Source of the DNA: Nitrospirota bacterium
GTDB lineage: Bacteria > Nitrospirota > UBA9217
Direction of reading: 5' to 3'
DNA length: 64,000 bases
NCBI GenBank assembly: GCA_963840455.1
Contig: CAWIYV010000009.1
Location: 288,001 to 352,000 of the forward strand
The notes below the pieces were generated by a model. It had not been told where the DNA came from. It did no database searches and saw nothing but the letters and a program-made list of their open reading frames with translations. The position numbers and the translations under genes were made by a program. Positions 50,331 through 60,188 of the stretch are shown one piece after another (the stretch's first letter is position 1; every line of letters begins with the position of its first letter).

Positions 50331-51200
50331 ATGCCGCGAATATCCTTCATACGGGGCAACGACAGGCGAGCGAACATCCGACGGTCTCTTGAGCTTATCG
50401 CTGATGATATTTCGCGGGGTCTCCGCTCCCGACAGCCCCTCATCAAGCCCAATCTCGTTTCCTCCACGAACCAGCTCGCATCGAGCCATGTGGACCAGGT
50501 CCGTGGTATCCTCGACGTCATCAGCCCGCTGTACACAGGCAGGATCCTGATCGCCGAGGCCTCCTGCCACGATACGCGGGAAGCGTACAGGAACTTCGGC
50601 TATGCTGCACTGATCGATGAATACAATGTCGAACTGGTCGATCTTGATGCAGAGGGGTATCAGGAAATTCGTGTGAGCGATACCGGGCGGGGGACACGGA
50701 TGACCGGGATATCCCGCTTATTAATGGATACGCGCTATTACCGGGTCTCTGCCGCAAAGATCAAGACCCATGATACTGTCATTGTTTCGTTATCCATCAA
50801 GAACATGGCTATGGGCGCCGTGAGGAACAGCGATCGGAAAGCCATACACGGGGACTTCAGAACGGCAAATCGAAATATTGCCGAGATCGCAGAACAGGTC
50901 TGGCCGGACCTGGCCGTGATCGACGGGATGATGGGCATGGAAGGGAACGGACCGTCTCGAGGAGAGCCGGTCCATCTGGGGGTGGCCTTCGCCGGAACCG
51001 ATGCTCTGGCAGTGGACCGTCTCACCTGTGATTTCATCGGAGTGGACTTCCATTCTGTGGGATACCTTCATTATTGTGCAGAGAAGGGGCTGGGCACGGC
51101 GGAACTCGGTCAGACAGCGGTTGCCGGCGATCGCTTCGAACCCCGCGAGGTGCCCTTGCGCCTTCACGAGTGCATGCATGAGCAGCTTTCCTGGAAATAA
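50331..51200 (+). CDS. DUF362 domain protein
   Basis: LIKPNLV, KIKTHD...SLSIKNMAMG, IDG..GMEGNGP. Confidence 0.85.
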   Translation: MPRISFIRGNDRRANIRRSLELIADDISRGLRSRQPLIKPNLVSSTNQLASSHVDQVRGILDVISPLYTGRILIAEASCHDTREAYRNFGYAALIDEYNVELVDLDAEGYQEIRVSDTGRGTRMTGISRLLMDTRYYRVSAAKIKTHDTVIVSLSIKNMAMGAVRNSDRKAIHGDFRTANRNIAEIAEQVWPDLAVIDGMMGMEGNGPSRGEPVHLGVAFAGTDALAVDRLTCDFIGVDFHSVGYLHYCAEKGLGTAELGQTAVAGDRFEPREVPLRLHECMHEQLSWK

Positions 51201-51420
51201 ATACCAGGGATGTGGAAGCTGGACCGCCCTGGTGATCGCAGAAAAAGCATGATCCGGATCGTCATGCGGAACTGTTAGCCTGGGGCGATGAACAGGAACC
51301 GTGGGCGGCCGTGTTCCGACTCTACCGCCATCGAACTGCCGACGAACCGACCGAAGAAACGAATCGATCTTCCGTTGATATGCAGGGATCGAGAACATTC
51401 TGCAAGGAAAGGTGATCACC

Positions 51421-52728
51421 ATGAACTTACTGGACAAGATCTCATCGAAAAATGCCACCGTAGGTATCATAGGGCTGGGATATGTCGGACTGCCTCTCGT
51501 CATTCGGTTCAGAAAGGCAGGATTTGCTGTGATCGGTTTCGACATCGATGAGGAGAAGATCAAGACCCTGAAGGAGGGAAGATCATATATCAAACATATC
51601 TCATCGCAGGACATACAGGTCCTGAAAGGGAACCTTGGATTCAAAGCAACATCGAAATTTACATCGCTCAGGAGCGCCGATTGCATTATTATCTGTGTTC
51701 CGACACCGCTCACTAAGCATCGGGAGCCCGACCTCTCGTATGTCATCAAGACCGGTGAGATCATCGCAAAATACCTGAAGAAGGATCAGCTGGTAGTGCT
51801 CGAATCGACGACCTACCCGGGAACGACCGATAAGGAATTGAAAACTGTCCTGGAAACGTCCGGACTGAAGGCCGGAAAGGACTTCTTTCTCGCCTTTTCC
51901 CCGGAACGAGAGGATCCGAACAACCAGGATTACGACACGAACATGATCCCGAAGATCGTGGGCGGCTACACCACGAACTGTCTGAAGATCGCTGACGCGC
52001 TCTATAGCGCTGTCGTGAGAAAGACCGTTCCTGTCTCATCGACAAGAGTTGCCGAGGCGGCGAAGCTGCTCGAGAATATATACCGAGCAGTGAACATCGC
52101 CCTGGTGAATGAGCTCAAGATGCTTTTCGACCGAATGGACATTAGCATTTATGAAGTTATCGAGGCGGCCAAGACAAAGCCTTTCGGATTTCAGGCCTTC
52201 TATCCAGGCCCGGGTCTCGGCGGCCATTGCATCCCGATCGACCCTTTCTATCTTACGTGGAAGGCGAGAGAATATGATTTCAGTACAAAATTCATCGAAC
52301 TGGCTGGAGAGATCAATACATATATGCCCTATTACGTGGTAGAGAAGGTAGTCGGAGCGCTCAATGCACAGGCCAAGACGATTGTTCGCGCGAAGGTCCT
52401 TGTGCTGGGACTGGCATACAAAAAGGACATCGATGACACCCGCGAGTCGCCGTCACTGAAGCTGATCGAGCTTCTCGCCCAAAAAGGAGCAGAGGTCGAC
52501 TACAATGACCCCTATATCCCACGCACCAGGAAGATGCGTATGTACGATCTCAAGAAGGAGTCGGTACCGCTCACCAAGAAAACGCTCAGGAAATACGATT
52601 GTGTGGTAATCGCGACGGACCATTCCTGCTATGATTACGGGCTCATCGTGAAGAACGCCGCGCTCGTCGTAGACACCCGTAATGTGGTCAATGGCTACCA
52701 CAAGCTGGGAACGGTGGTGAGGGCATGA
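51421..52728 (+). CDS. wbpA: UDP-N-acetylglucosamine 6-dehydrogenase
   Basis: GLGYVGLPL, ESTTYPGTT, SPEREDP, KLLENIYRAVNIALVNE, GPGLGGHCIPIDP. Confidence 0.88.
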   Translation: MNLLDKISSKNATVGIIGLGYVGLPLVIRFRKAGFAVIGFDIDEEKIKTLKEGRSYIKHISSQDIQVLKGNLGFKATSKFTSLRSADCIIICVPTPLTKHREPDLSYVIKTGEIIAKYLKKDQLVVLESTTYPGTTDKELKTVLETSGLKAGKDFFLAFSPEREDPNNQDYDTNMIPKIVGGYTTNCLKIADALYSAVVRKTVPVSSTRVAEAAKLLENIYRAVNIALVNELKMLFDRMDISIYEVIEAAKTKPFGFQAFYPGPGLGGHCIPIDPFYLTWKAREYDFSTKFIELAGEINTYMPYYVVEKVVGALNAQAKTIVRAKVLVLGLAYKKDIDDTRESPSLKLIELLAQKGAEVDYNDPYIPRTRKMRMYDLKKESVPLTKKTLRKYDCVVIATDHSCYDYGLIVKNAALVVDTRNVVNGYHKLGTVVRA

Positions 52729-53044
52729 CCGTCGCGATCAGTGGAAAGATCCCAAAAAGAGCTGCGGAGACAGCTGGCGTGCCGACGGGAGAGAGAGGAT
52801 CAGCTGTTCTTCAGGCGGAACAAAACAGGGACCGAGAAGAAAAAGCATGAACGTATCCGAAATAGTTCTTGATAGTTCCTAAAGTTGAGGAATATAATAG
52901 TAGCGGGAATAGAGAACAAGCAGCGAAAGACGGGATTCGGAAGATGTGCACGCTGTGGCATCAAGCATGATCCGCTGATCGATCAGCGTACCTGACACAG
53001 GGTCCCCCTTTGTACTGTTGGAAGAGCGGCCTTGTCTGTTATGT

Positions 53045-53422
53045 TTAGCTGATGAGCTTGCTGACCACAGCCGCGTAATCGCTCTCATACCCAGACGTGT
53101 CGTAGGCCGTTACGGTGAAATAGTATGTCTGTCCCTTGGTGAGACCAACGACATTGTAGGTGGTCACAGCGCCCACGACGATGGAGGTATAAGCACCGGG
53201 AGTGGTCCCGTAATACACCTTAAACCCCGCCAGATCGTTGAGTGGAGTTCCATCCACATTGGTCGTCGGCGGTGACCATGCCAGGGTCGCCGATCCATGG
53301 GTATTGTTTGCAGTCGATGGAGGCGTTGTACCTGATGGAGGCGTTGTATCTGTCGTGGTTGCGCCGCCACCGCAACCGAAGAGCGCAACGATCACGGCAA
53401 CGAGTGAAGCACGTAAAAGCAT
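53045..53422 (-). CDS. Small lipoprotein with fibronectin type III domain
   Basis: Lipobox LFG-C, T/P linker, ATLAW.PPTTN.DG..L.DLAGFKVYYG...YYFTVTAYD.SG.ES. Confidence 0.88.
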   Translation of the reverse strand: MLLRASLVAVIVALFGCGGGATTTDTTPPSGTTPPSTANNTHGSATLAWSPPTTNVDGTPLNDLAGFKVYYGTTPGAYTSIVVGAVTTYNVVGLTKGQTYYFTVTAYDTSGYESDYAAVVSKLIS

Positions 53423-53629
53423 TCGGGTTCCCCGGATATGCGAACGGTCGGTTTTTCTACCCCGATGGGAACAATCCGTGATGGTAATAAGCGAAGCCAT
53501 AAACAGGCACCTCCGTGTTCAGCGATTATCAGAGTCGTGAAAAAAATTTTCCCAATTCTGAAAGGATATGGATTAAGGGAGCAACTGATTACTGATTACT
53601 GGTGTTACTCCGAATGTTTCATGGAAACT

Positions 53630-53672
53630 ATAGTACGAAATAAACGCATGTACATCTGTGACTGCAATCACA
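53630..53672 (-). promoter_or_regulatory. Class II CRP-type promoter of the FN3 lipoprotein gene
   Basis: Perfect TGTGA-CTGCAA-TCACA at 53657-53672; minus-strand -10 TACTAT at 53635-53630 places the box centre at -41.5. Confidence 0.75.
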
Positions 53673-53839
53673 TTGCTGAAAAATATCTTATTATGGGCGT
53701 GGCGCATAACGCATTGATATGTAAGAGTAAACAACGAAAGTATCAAATGCTCTACCCGTAAATTCGCCTGTTTGCATCTTAGTGCGGTTTCTTGCCCTCA
53801 CAGCACAGTTCACGTGTCAATAATGCGGTTCTCGCTAAA

Positions 53840-53861
53840 AATACGGGTATAATACGGGTAT
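53840..53861. repeat. 11-bp tandem direct repeat containing TATAAT, upstream of the Crp-family gene
   Basis: AATACGGGTAT twice; the junction forms TATAAT at 53848-53853. Confidence 0.7.
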
Positions 53862-53908
53862 AGACAGGGGAAGTCGAGATCGTTAAGTCTGTCAGTTGGC
53901 TACACGCT

Positions 53909-54685
53909 ATGCATAGCCCCACAATAAAAAAAACGAGCAGGAAACGTAAACAGCAGGTCGGGTCTTCTGGCGCTCAGAATCCGGCTTTGAAGATTGCTCA
54001 CGTCAAGCATGCCGAAAATGGTATTTTGCGAAATATAGCGCTTTTTTCTTCTCTTTCCACTAATGAACTGCATGAGATCAGGGAGCACGTCATCCTGCGG
54101 GAATTCAAGAAGAACCAGATAATCCTTGGTGAAGAAGAAACAAGCCAATTCATGTATATCATTATTCGAGGAAAAGTCAAGATTTCTCGCCTGGGAAAAG
54201 AGGGAAAAGAGACGATTCTTTCCATGCATGATGCGGGCGAATTTTTCGGCGAACTATCACTGATCGATGGGAAGACGACTCCGGCCGGTGTCGTCGCGGT
54301 AGAAAATTCCACTGTGGCGATCATATCAAAGCATCATTTTCATTCGCTGCTGTATACGCAGAAACAGGTGCTGGAAAACCTTCTTCAGATACTGTGCTCG
54401 AGGCTTCGGGAAGCATGGCAAAAGATCGAGATGATGAATTTCAACGACGCCTCACAGCGGCTGAAGATGCTCTTGAATATGCTTGCAGAAACCTACGGGG
54501 ATAAGACGTCGGAAGGTACCGTGCTGCGCGTGAGGCTGATCCATCAGGACATGGCCGACATGACCGGTTTGACCCGCGAGACCGTCACGCGGGTACTTGA
54601 TAAATGGAAGAAGACCAGAGAAATCAATATCCTCGAAGGCAAATACATTCGATTGAACCCTGAATTCCATTCGATTCAACTGTAG
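53909..54685 (+). CDS. Crp/Fnr family transcriptional regulator
   Basis: cNMP-binding fold (GEFFGELSLIDG); HTH HQDMADMTGLTRETVTRVL. Confidence 0.93.
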   Translation: MHSPTIKKTSRKRKQQVGSSGAQNPALKIAHVKHAENGILRNIALFSSLSTNELHEIREHVILREFKKNQIILGEEETSQFMYIIIRGKVKISRLGKEGKETILSMHDAGEFFGELSLIDGKTTPAGVVAVENSTVAIISKHHFHSLLYTQKQVLENLLQILCSRLREAWQKIEMMNFNDASQRLKMLLNMLAETYGDKTSEGTVLRVRLIHQDMADMTGLTRETVTRVLDKWKKTREINILEGKYIRLNPEFHSIQL

Positions 54686-54826
54686 CTCTGACGTACCTTG
54701 ACGCAATCAGAACGGGAGCACACCCAGCTGTACTGCTATAAAAAGCGTATCTAAAGGTCGGGAGCGGTAGCGGCCAAGCTAGACAGAGGCCGGGGCCGCG
54801 CCACGTAGTTAAAGGTAACTCCAGCC

Positions 54827-55762
54827 ATGTTCAAAGAGAACAAGCAAAGATCGACTCCTGCAGCGCTCTGGATAGCGGTCATTATCGTTTTGCTCGAGTG
54901 TTCTGTGCTGCACGTTGTTCCTGACGTGTACGCGGCATCCTCGGACGTTGTCGACTTGGGACCTATAACGGTCACTCCGGACCCGTTGTCGAAAGGGCAG
55001 TATCCGATCATTGAAACCCGGGTCAGCAAGGCGCCGAAAGCGGCGGGCGAACATGTTGTAGTCAACATCATTGCAGTCGTGACGCAGCCTGATAATCGGG
55101 TCAAGTCGTGGAACTGGAAGAAGGTCAGTATCTCCCGGGGCGCCGCCAGATTGATAACCATTCCAAAGGAATATGATACTTCGATCGCCGGCACCTATCG
55201 TGTTGAGGTAAACGTATACAGCAATGATATGAAGCGCCGATATGCCAGTCGCTCCCGTTCGTTCACGGTGTCGAAGGAGGAAAAAAAGAAAGGTGCGGCC
55301 ATCGGACCGGCTGGAGCGGAGCGGGAAAGGGTATATGCGGGGCTCGGAATATACGGAAATGCATTGAACCCTGCCGGCGGTGCAACGCTCTTCCTGTGGC
55401 CATCAAGATATATAGGGGTGCAGGCAATATATTCGACCGGAGTCTTTAGCTCGTATGAAGGCCGCTTGCTTGTGAAGGGCGATCTGTCTTCGAAGTATAG
55501 CATCTATGGCGGAATAGGGTATATTCACGTGATGGCGGAAAAGGATGTCATAGGAGTCACAACACGGTTCGAGGACGGAGGGATGAGCGGAGTGGTCGGT
55601 GTGGAAGTATCTCTAGGAAAAAAGGTCCTCCTCTACATTGAATCCAGCGCGGCCAAGATCGACCTGGAACAGACGGTCACCAATGGATCGCAAACGGTGA
55701 ACGCTACCGTGAAGTATGCACCGGTGACGATCGGTATCGGTCTGGTCATGGCGATCTTCTAA
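54827..55762 (+). CDS. Secreted two-domain protein (N-terminal beta-sandwich + C-terminal small outer-membrane beta-barrel)
   Basis: Signal peptide; AGTYRVEV Ig-like strand; C-terminal Gly/aromatic amphipathic strands ending in Phe. Confidence 0.65.
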   Translation: MFKENKQRSTPAALWIAVIIVLLECSVLHVVPDVYAASSDVVDLGPITVTPDPLSKGQYPIIETRVSKAPKAAGEHVVVNIIAVVTQPDNRVKSWNWKKVSISRGAARLITIPKEYDTSIAGTYRVEVNVYSNDMKRRYASRSRSFTVSKEEKKKGAAIGPAGAERERVYAGLGIYGNALNPAGGATLFLWPSRYIGVQAIYSTGVFSSYEGRLLVKGDLSSKYSIYGGIGYIHVMAEKDVIGVTTRFEDGGMSGVVGVEVSLGKKVLLYIESSAAKIDLEQTVTNGSQTVNATVKYAPVTIGIGLVMAIF

Positions 55763-56015
55763 CTGTTGACAGTCATCATGGGATGAAACGATAATCGCAG
55801 GCCTGTGGCAACGGATAGGTAACGATTATGTAACGATGCCGGGGGGGCGAGAGCGGTCCGTCCATGGTTTACCGGTAGACCCCTTATGAAGTCATGCGGC
55901 CGTCATTGCGAGCGAAACAAGACGAACAAGGCGCATGAAACATCGAAATGTCGGAGATCTCTCCGTCTTAAAATTGGTCCTCCCAATGAACAGGAACGAT
56001 GTCGAAAGCGAACAG

Positions 56016-57839
56016 CTAATGTCGGCGTTTATGTGTATCAATGGGATAGGTGATGTTCAAATCAAGGGACGCCATGAGTTGAAAGATCTCAGCTTCGCTA
56101 AGCTGTTTCGCATATGCATGCCGGAGATGTTTGGAGAATGAATCGATCAATGCCAGGGCCTGGTTGTAATCCTGCTCGCTGAAAGGCTCTGAGGAATTCT
56201 TATTGTTCAGGTTAAGCACTCCGATGACGCGGTCATCGATCTTCAGGGGGAGGGACATAAGAGACTTGTTGTTGTATTGAGGAATGCTCTTTTTCGAGAA
56301 ACGTGCATCAGTCTCGACATCGCTGATGAAGAGCGGTTTACCTTCCAGTGCTACCCATCCTGCGATCTTGTCCCCTGGTTTTATGCTGGTCGTCTTGACC
56401 ACCTTGTCATCGAGTCCCCGGGCGCAAGCGACCCTCAACTCTCCAGTTAGGTCATCGCTGAGCATGACCGAGCAAATGTTGATGTCCATGGCATCGGAAA
56501 TAAAGTCGACAAAAAGATCGATGCTTTTGTTGATATAGGCGTTCAAGGTTTCCTTGCGATTGAGAGGGCAGGTCAAGGTGATCCGGGAAGCCGTATTTTC
56601 GTTCTCTGCAGTAATGCTCCAGCGATGGGCGATCGCGGTATTCCTGGCCAGATAGAGCCTGACACGGTCATCAGAGGAACGTGAGGGATACAAGGATGTG
56701 TCGCTATTCAACTGCTGGAGGATGGTGCGCGGCAGCGGCCGAGACAGATCGATGTGGAAAGAGAGCAGATCGTTCGTGCTCGAGACCGACAGGTCTATTG
56801 CATCATCAGGAGAGAGATAATGAGAAAGGCCTATCAACAGGTTCATGAACAATTGAGATATCCTGAGCCTGTCGCCAAGGATCCACATCGGACCGGAAAA
56901 GGGCGCAACGGTAAGCCGTATGCTGCGGGCTGACAATGCCGATTTCAACTGGCCGGCGGGAAGACTGTTCAGGATATCGGCGATATTGATCGGTGATTTA
57001 TCAAGCATGAGGGATTCGTCCTCGACCTCAAGGAACCTGATAAGATTGTCGATCGTGCTGGAAAGATTGCTGGCCTCCGTGGATATGATGCCATTGAACT
57101 CGCGACGTTCGCCTGGCGACGCCGTGTCGTGATTGTCCAGGTAATATATTGCGCCCTTGATCGCGTTGAGCGGTGTGCGGAGTTCGTGGGATATGCTCAT
57201 GAGGAACTCCGTTTTGATGATGTCTGAATCGATCAATCTCCTGTTCATTTGCTCCAGGTCGGCAGCCGCGGATTTCAGCCGGTTCAGCAATGCTGCGTTC
57301 TCGAGCGCGACGGCAGCATTGTTCGCAATGATCTGCAGGAGTTCCAACTCGTCATGCGAGAACGGCGCTCCATCCTTCTTATCGTTGACATTGATAATTC
57401 CTAAGGGACGGTTCCGGAACAAGATAGGACAGGAAATGAAGGAGCGCGTTTTGTAATGGTGCCTATCCGGCGAAAGGAATTCCGGATGCTGGGTTATATC
57501 CTGGACAAGCATGGGCAATCGCTTCTGGAGTATGATGTTTGAGATCGCATCCGCGCCTTGCGAGCCGAAACTGCGTATATATGCCGCATCAAGACCACGA
57601 GAGGAAAGTATGGAGAGGTCACCCCGATCGTTCGCGAGCATAAGAGACCCCGATTCTGCATTAACATATTTAATTGCAATGTCAAGAAGATAGTCGGTAA
57701 GCGAAGCGATCCTGTCAGAAATCACGATGGCGTTCGAGATATCTTGTAGGATCAGATAACGCTTCTTATACAAATCTGCATCGATCATAATCACACCGGG
57801 AAAATCAGACCGCTCCGTGCAGGATGCCGGTATATTCAT
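56016..57839 (-). CDS. GAF-HisKA-(degenerate HATPase)-GAF protein
   Basis: Two GAF domains; H-box SHELRTPLNAIKG; eroded N-box (NLLIGLSHY); no DxGxG or GxGLG. Confidence 0.88.
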   Translation of the reverse strand: MNIPASCTERSDFPGVIMIDADLYKKRYLILQDISNAIVISDRIASLTDYLLDIAIKYVNAESGSLMLANDRGDLSILSSRGLDAAYIRSFGSQGADAISNIILQKRLPMLVQDITQHPEFLSPDRHHYKTRSFISCPILFRNRPLGIINVNDKKDGAPFSHDELELLQIIANNAAVALENAALLNRLKSAAADLEQMNRRLIDSDIIKTEFLMSISHELRTPLNAIKGAIYYLDNHDTASPGERREFNGIISTEASNLSSTIDNLIRFLEVEDESLMLDKSPINIADILNSLPAGQLKSALSARSIRLTVAPFSGPMWILGDRLRISQLFMNLLIGLSHYLSPDDAIDLSVSSTNDLLSFHIDLSRPLPRTILQQLNSDTSLYPSRSSDDRVRLYLARNTAIAHRWSITAENENTASRITLTCPLNRKETLNAYINKSIDLFVDFISDAMDINICSVMLSDDLTGELRVACARGLDDKVVKTTSIKPGDKIAGWVALEGKPLFISDVETDARFSKKSIPQYNNKSLMSLPLKIDDRVIGVLNLNNKNSSEPFSEQDYNQALALIDSFSKHLRHAYAKQLSEAEIFQLMASLDLNITYPIDTHKRRH

Positions 57840-57849
57840 GCTATGTATT

Positions 57850-59169
57850 TTATTGTGTTTTCAGATGGTGGTACAGGGCCTTCCGGGAGATACCCAGTTT
57901 TCTCGCCGCCGCTGATTTGTTCCCGTTGCATGCGCTCAAGGCGTCTTGAATGGCCTGTGTTTCGAGCGAACGCAACGACTGAACGCCATCTCCCTCTGTA
58001 TTGTTCGCGTTATAGGTCCGGATCTCATCAGGAAGATGTTTGATGGAGACCCGTGGGCCCGGAGCGATTACAACGGCGTGCTCTATGGCATTCTTCAATT
58101 GACGAACATTGCCCGGCCACGGATGGGCGGTCAGCACATCAAAGATATCCTCAGAGAAAATGAGATGGCGGGAATCGCGTTCGCAGAATTTGCTCAGAAA
58201 ATGGGTTGCCAGCACAGGGATGTCCTCCTTTCGCTCGCGCAAGGGAGGCAGGTCGATGCAGACGACGTTGATCCGATAGAAGAGATCACTCCGGAACCTA
58301 CCCGCCTCCATCTCGCGAAAGAGGTCCCTGTTGGTCGAGGTGATGAGACGGAAATCGATATCGATGTCGATCTTTCTGCTGCTCCCCAGACGCTGTACTT
58401 GACGCTCCTGGAGAACGCGAAGCAGCTTTGCCTGTAGTGCGGGGTCCATTTCTCCGATCTCATCGAGGAACAGCGTTCCTCCGGCGGATTCTTCGAACTT
58501 GCCGGAACGGCTTGCAGTGGCTCCGGTGAACGCGCCTTTTTCGTATCCAAAGAGCTCGGATTCCAGCAGGTCCCGCGGGATCGCTGCGCAATTGACGGCA
58601 ACAAATGGTCTGTCGCGTCTCACACTGTGATAGTGAAGATATTTTGCGATGACCTCTTTGCCGGTGCCGGTCTCACCTGTGAGGAGGACGCTTGTTTCCT
58701 TGTCCTTGATCGTGGAGACAGTCTTATAGACACGCATCATCGCGTCCGACTTGCTTTCCGGCAAGGCATCCCCATTCGGAAGCTGGGAATTGACGTCTTG
58801 CTTGCTCTGGATGATCGCGCTGAGGAGGATCTGCTTCAGCTTCTGATAATCCGGCGGTTTAACGAAATAATAGAATGCTCCCTTCGATAAAGCGGCGACG
58901 GCAGAATCTATCTTCCCGTATGCGGTCAAGAACATCACCGGGATATGCGGATAATAAGTGTTTACATGGTCGAAGAGCTGGTAGCCGTCCTTACCCGGCA
59001 TCTTGATATCCGTGATGATCGCATCGACCGGGTTCCGCTTGATCAGGTTGAGTGCAGAGTCGACGCACATGGCCTCGAGGACCGAGTACTTATCAGCTCT
59101 GAGGATCGCGGACAGGACCCTTGTGGCGTTCGGCTCATCATCGACAAGTAGGACAGAGGCTTTCTTCAT
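57850..59169 (-). CDS. Sigma-54-dependent response regulator (NtrC family: REC-AAA-HTH)
   Basis: LLVDDE, TDIKMP, GETGTGKE, GAFTGA, LFLDEI, WPGNVRQL, Fis-type HTH. Confidence 0.95.
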   Translation of the reverse strand: MKKASVLLVDDEPNATRVLSAILRADKYSVLEAMCVDSALNLIKRNPVDAIITDIKMPGKDGYQLFDHVNTYYPHIPVMFLTAYGKIDSAVAALSKGAFYYFVKPPDYQKLKQILLSAIIQSKQDVNSQLPNGDALPESKSDAMMRVYKTVSTIKDKETSVLLTGETGTGKEVIAKYLHYHSVRRDRPFVAVNCAAIPRDLLESELFGYEKGAFTGATASRSGKFEESAGGTLFLDEIGEMDPALQAKLLRVLQERQVQRLGSSRKIDIDIDFRLITSTNRDLFREMEAGRFRSDLFYRINVVCIDLPPLRERKEDIPVLATHFLSKFCERDSRHLIFSEDIFDVLTAHPWPGNVRQLKNAIEHAVVIAPGPRVSIKHLPDEIRTYNANNTEGDGVQSLRSLETQAIQDALSACNGNKSAAARKLGISRKALYHHLKTQ

Positions 59170-60188
59170 AGGGAATCACCTTCCTTAATATCTTTCACGG
59201 GCAGCAAGAACGTGACTGTCGTGCCCTTGCCTTTTTCCCCATGTATCTTCAGATGCCCTTTGTAGTATTTGATGATCTCATCGGCGAGGAACAAACCGAA
59301 GCCGCGGCCCTGTCCCCTGGTATGCTGGTCAAGGACGGCAGATTGCGAGGAAAGATCGAGGCCCGCACCGGTGTCGGAGATATCTATCGCGATGCAGGAT
59401 GCGGGGGGGCACGATCTCAGGGCTGTTCTGATCGTGACCGTCCCCCCCGATGTCATCGCCTCGATGGAATTGTTGATGACGTTCAAAAGCGCCTGTTCCA
59501 GATGAAAGGAGCTGATTTCGATCGGGGGTATATCACCGAGAACGTATTCGCAGCGGATGTCACGAGTGTGAGTCTGGAGCGAAATGAGGACCTTGATCTT
59601 TTCTATCAGCTCGTTGACATTGACAAATGAGACGTCGCTGTCTAAGGTCGTTGTGGTCAAAAAGCGTGATATGAAGTTCTCGAGACGGGAGATCTCCGCC
59701 TCAAGGATCTCCATGAACTCAAACATGGGTTTTTCATGCGAGTATCGCTCACGAAGGTACACGACCGCTCCCTTGATCGCATTCAACGGGTTCCTGACGC
59801 CATGTGCGAGCGTGGCGGCAATCTTTCCGATCGCGATGAGCTTTTGCGCATCGATCAATTGCTGTCCAACCGAACAAGGTTCGGAAGGAACCAGCACGAT
59901 TTGAGCGTGATGGCCTGAACCGTTCGAGTTCCGGATCGGAGCGATCTTGATATCGGCCTCGCGATAATGCGAAAGACACCGGAAATGGCACTGCTTCAGG
60001 TTGACGGCCCGACGTCTTTTGAGAACCTCTCCTACCGCTTCTTTGTCATGCACCAGGAACGGTGGAAAGAGATCGGTATACTTCTTTCCTACGGCGTGAG
60101 AGGTATCCGCACCCGTGAGCATCTTCAGGTCGTCATTCCACGAGCGGATGCGCAAGTTCCTGTCGACAGTAAAAGTGAGTTCTTTCAT
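59166..60188 (-). CDS. Cytoplasmic PAS-domain sensor histidine kinase
   Basis: PAS-like N-terminus; H-box AHGVRNPLNAIKG; N-box NVINNSIEA; G1 DTGAG; G2 GRGFGL. Confidence 0.92.
   Translation of the reverse strand: MKELTFTVDRNLRIRSWNDDLKMLTGADTSHAVGKKYTDLFPPFLVHDKEAVGEVLKRRRAVNLKQCHFRCLSHYREADIKIAPIRNSNGSGHHAQIVLVPSEPCSVGQQLIDAQKLIAIGKIAATLAHGVRNPLNAIKGAVVYLRERYSHEKPMFEFMEILEAEISRLENFISRFLTTTTLDSDVSFVNVNELIEKIKVLISLQTHTRDIRCEYVLGDIPPIEISSFHLEQALLNVINNSIEAMTSGGTVTIRTALRSCPPASCIAIDISDTGAGLDLSSQSAVLDQHTRGQGRGFGLFLADEIIKYYKGHLKIHGEKGKGTTVTFLLPVKDIKEGDSL

Noticed and set aside
55901-55916. CGTCATTGCGAGCGAA, resembling the start of a REP-like element
   Set aside because: Single short fragment with no partner arm or second copy seen.
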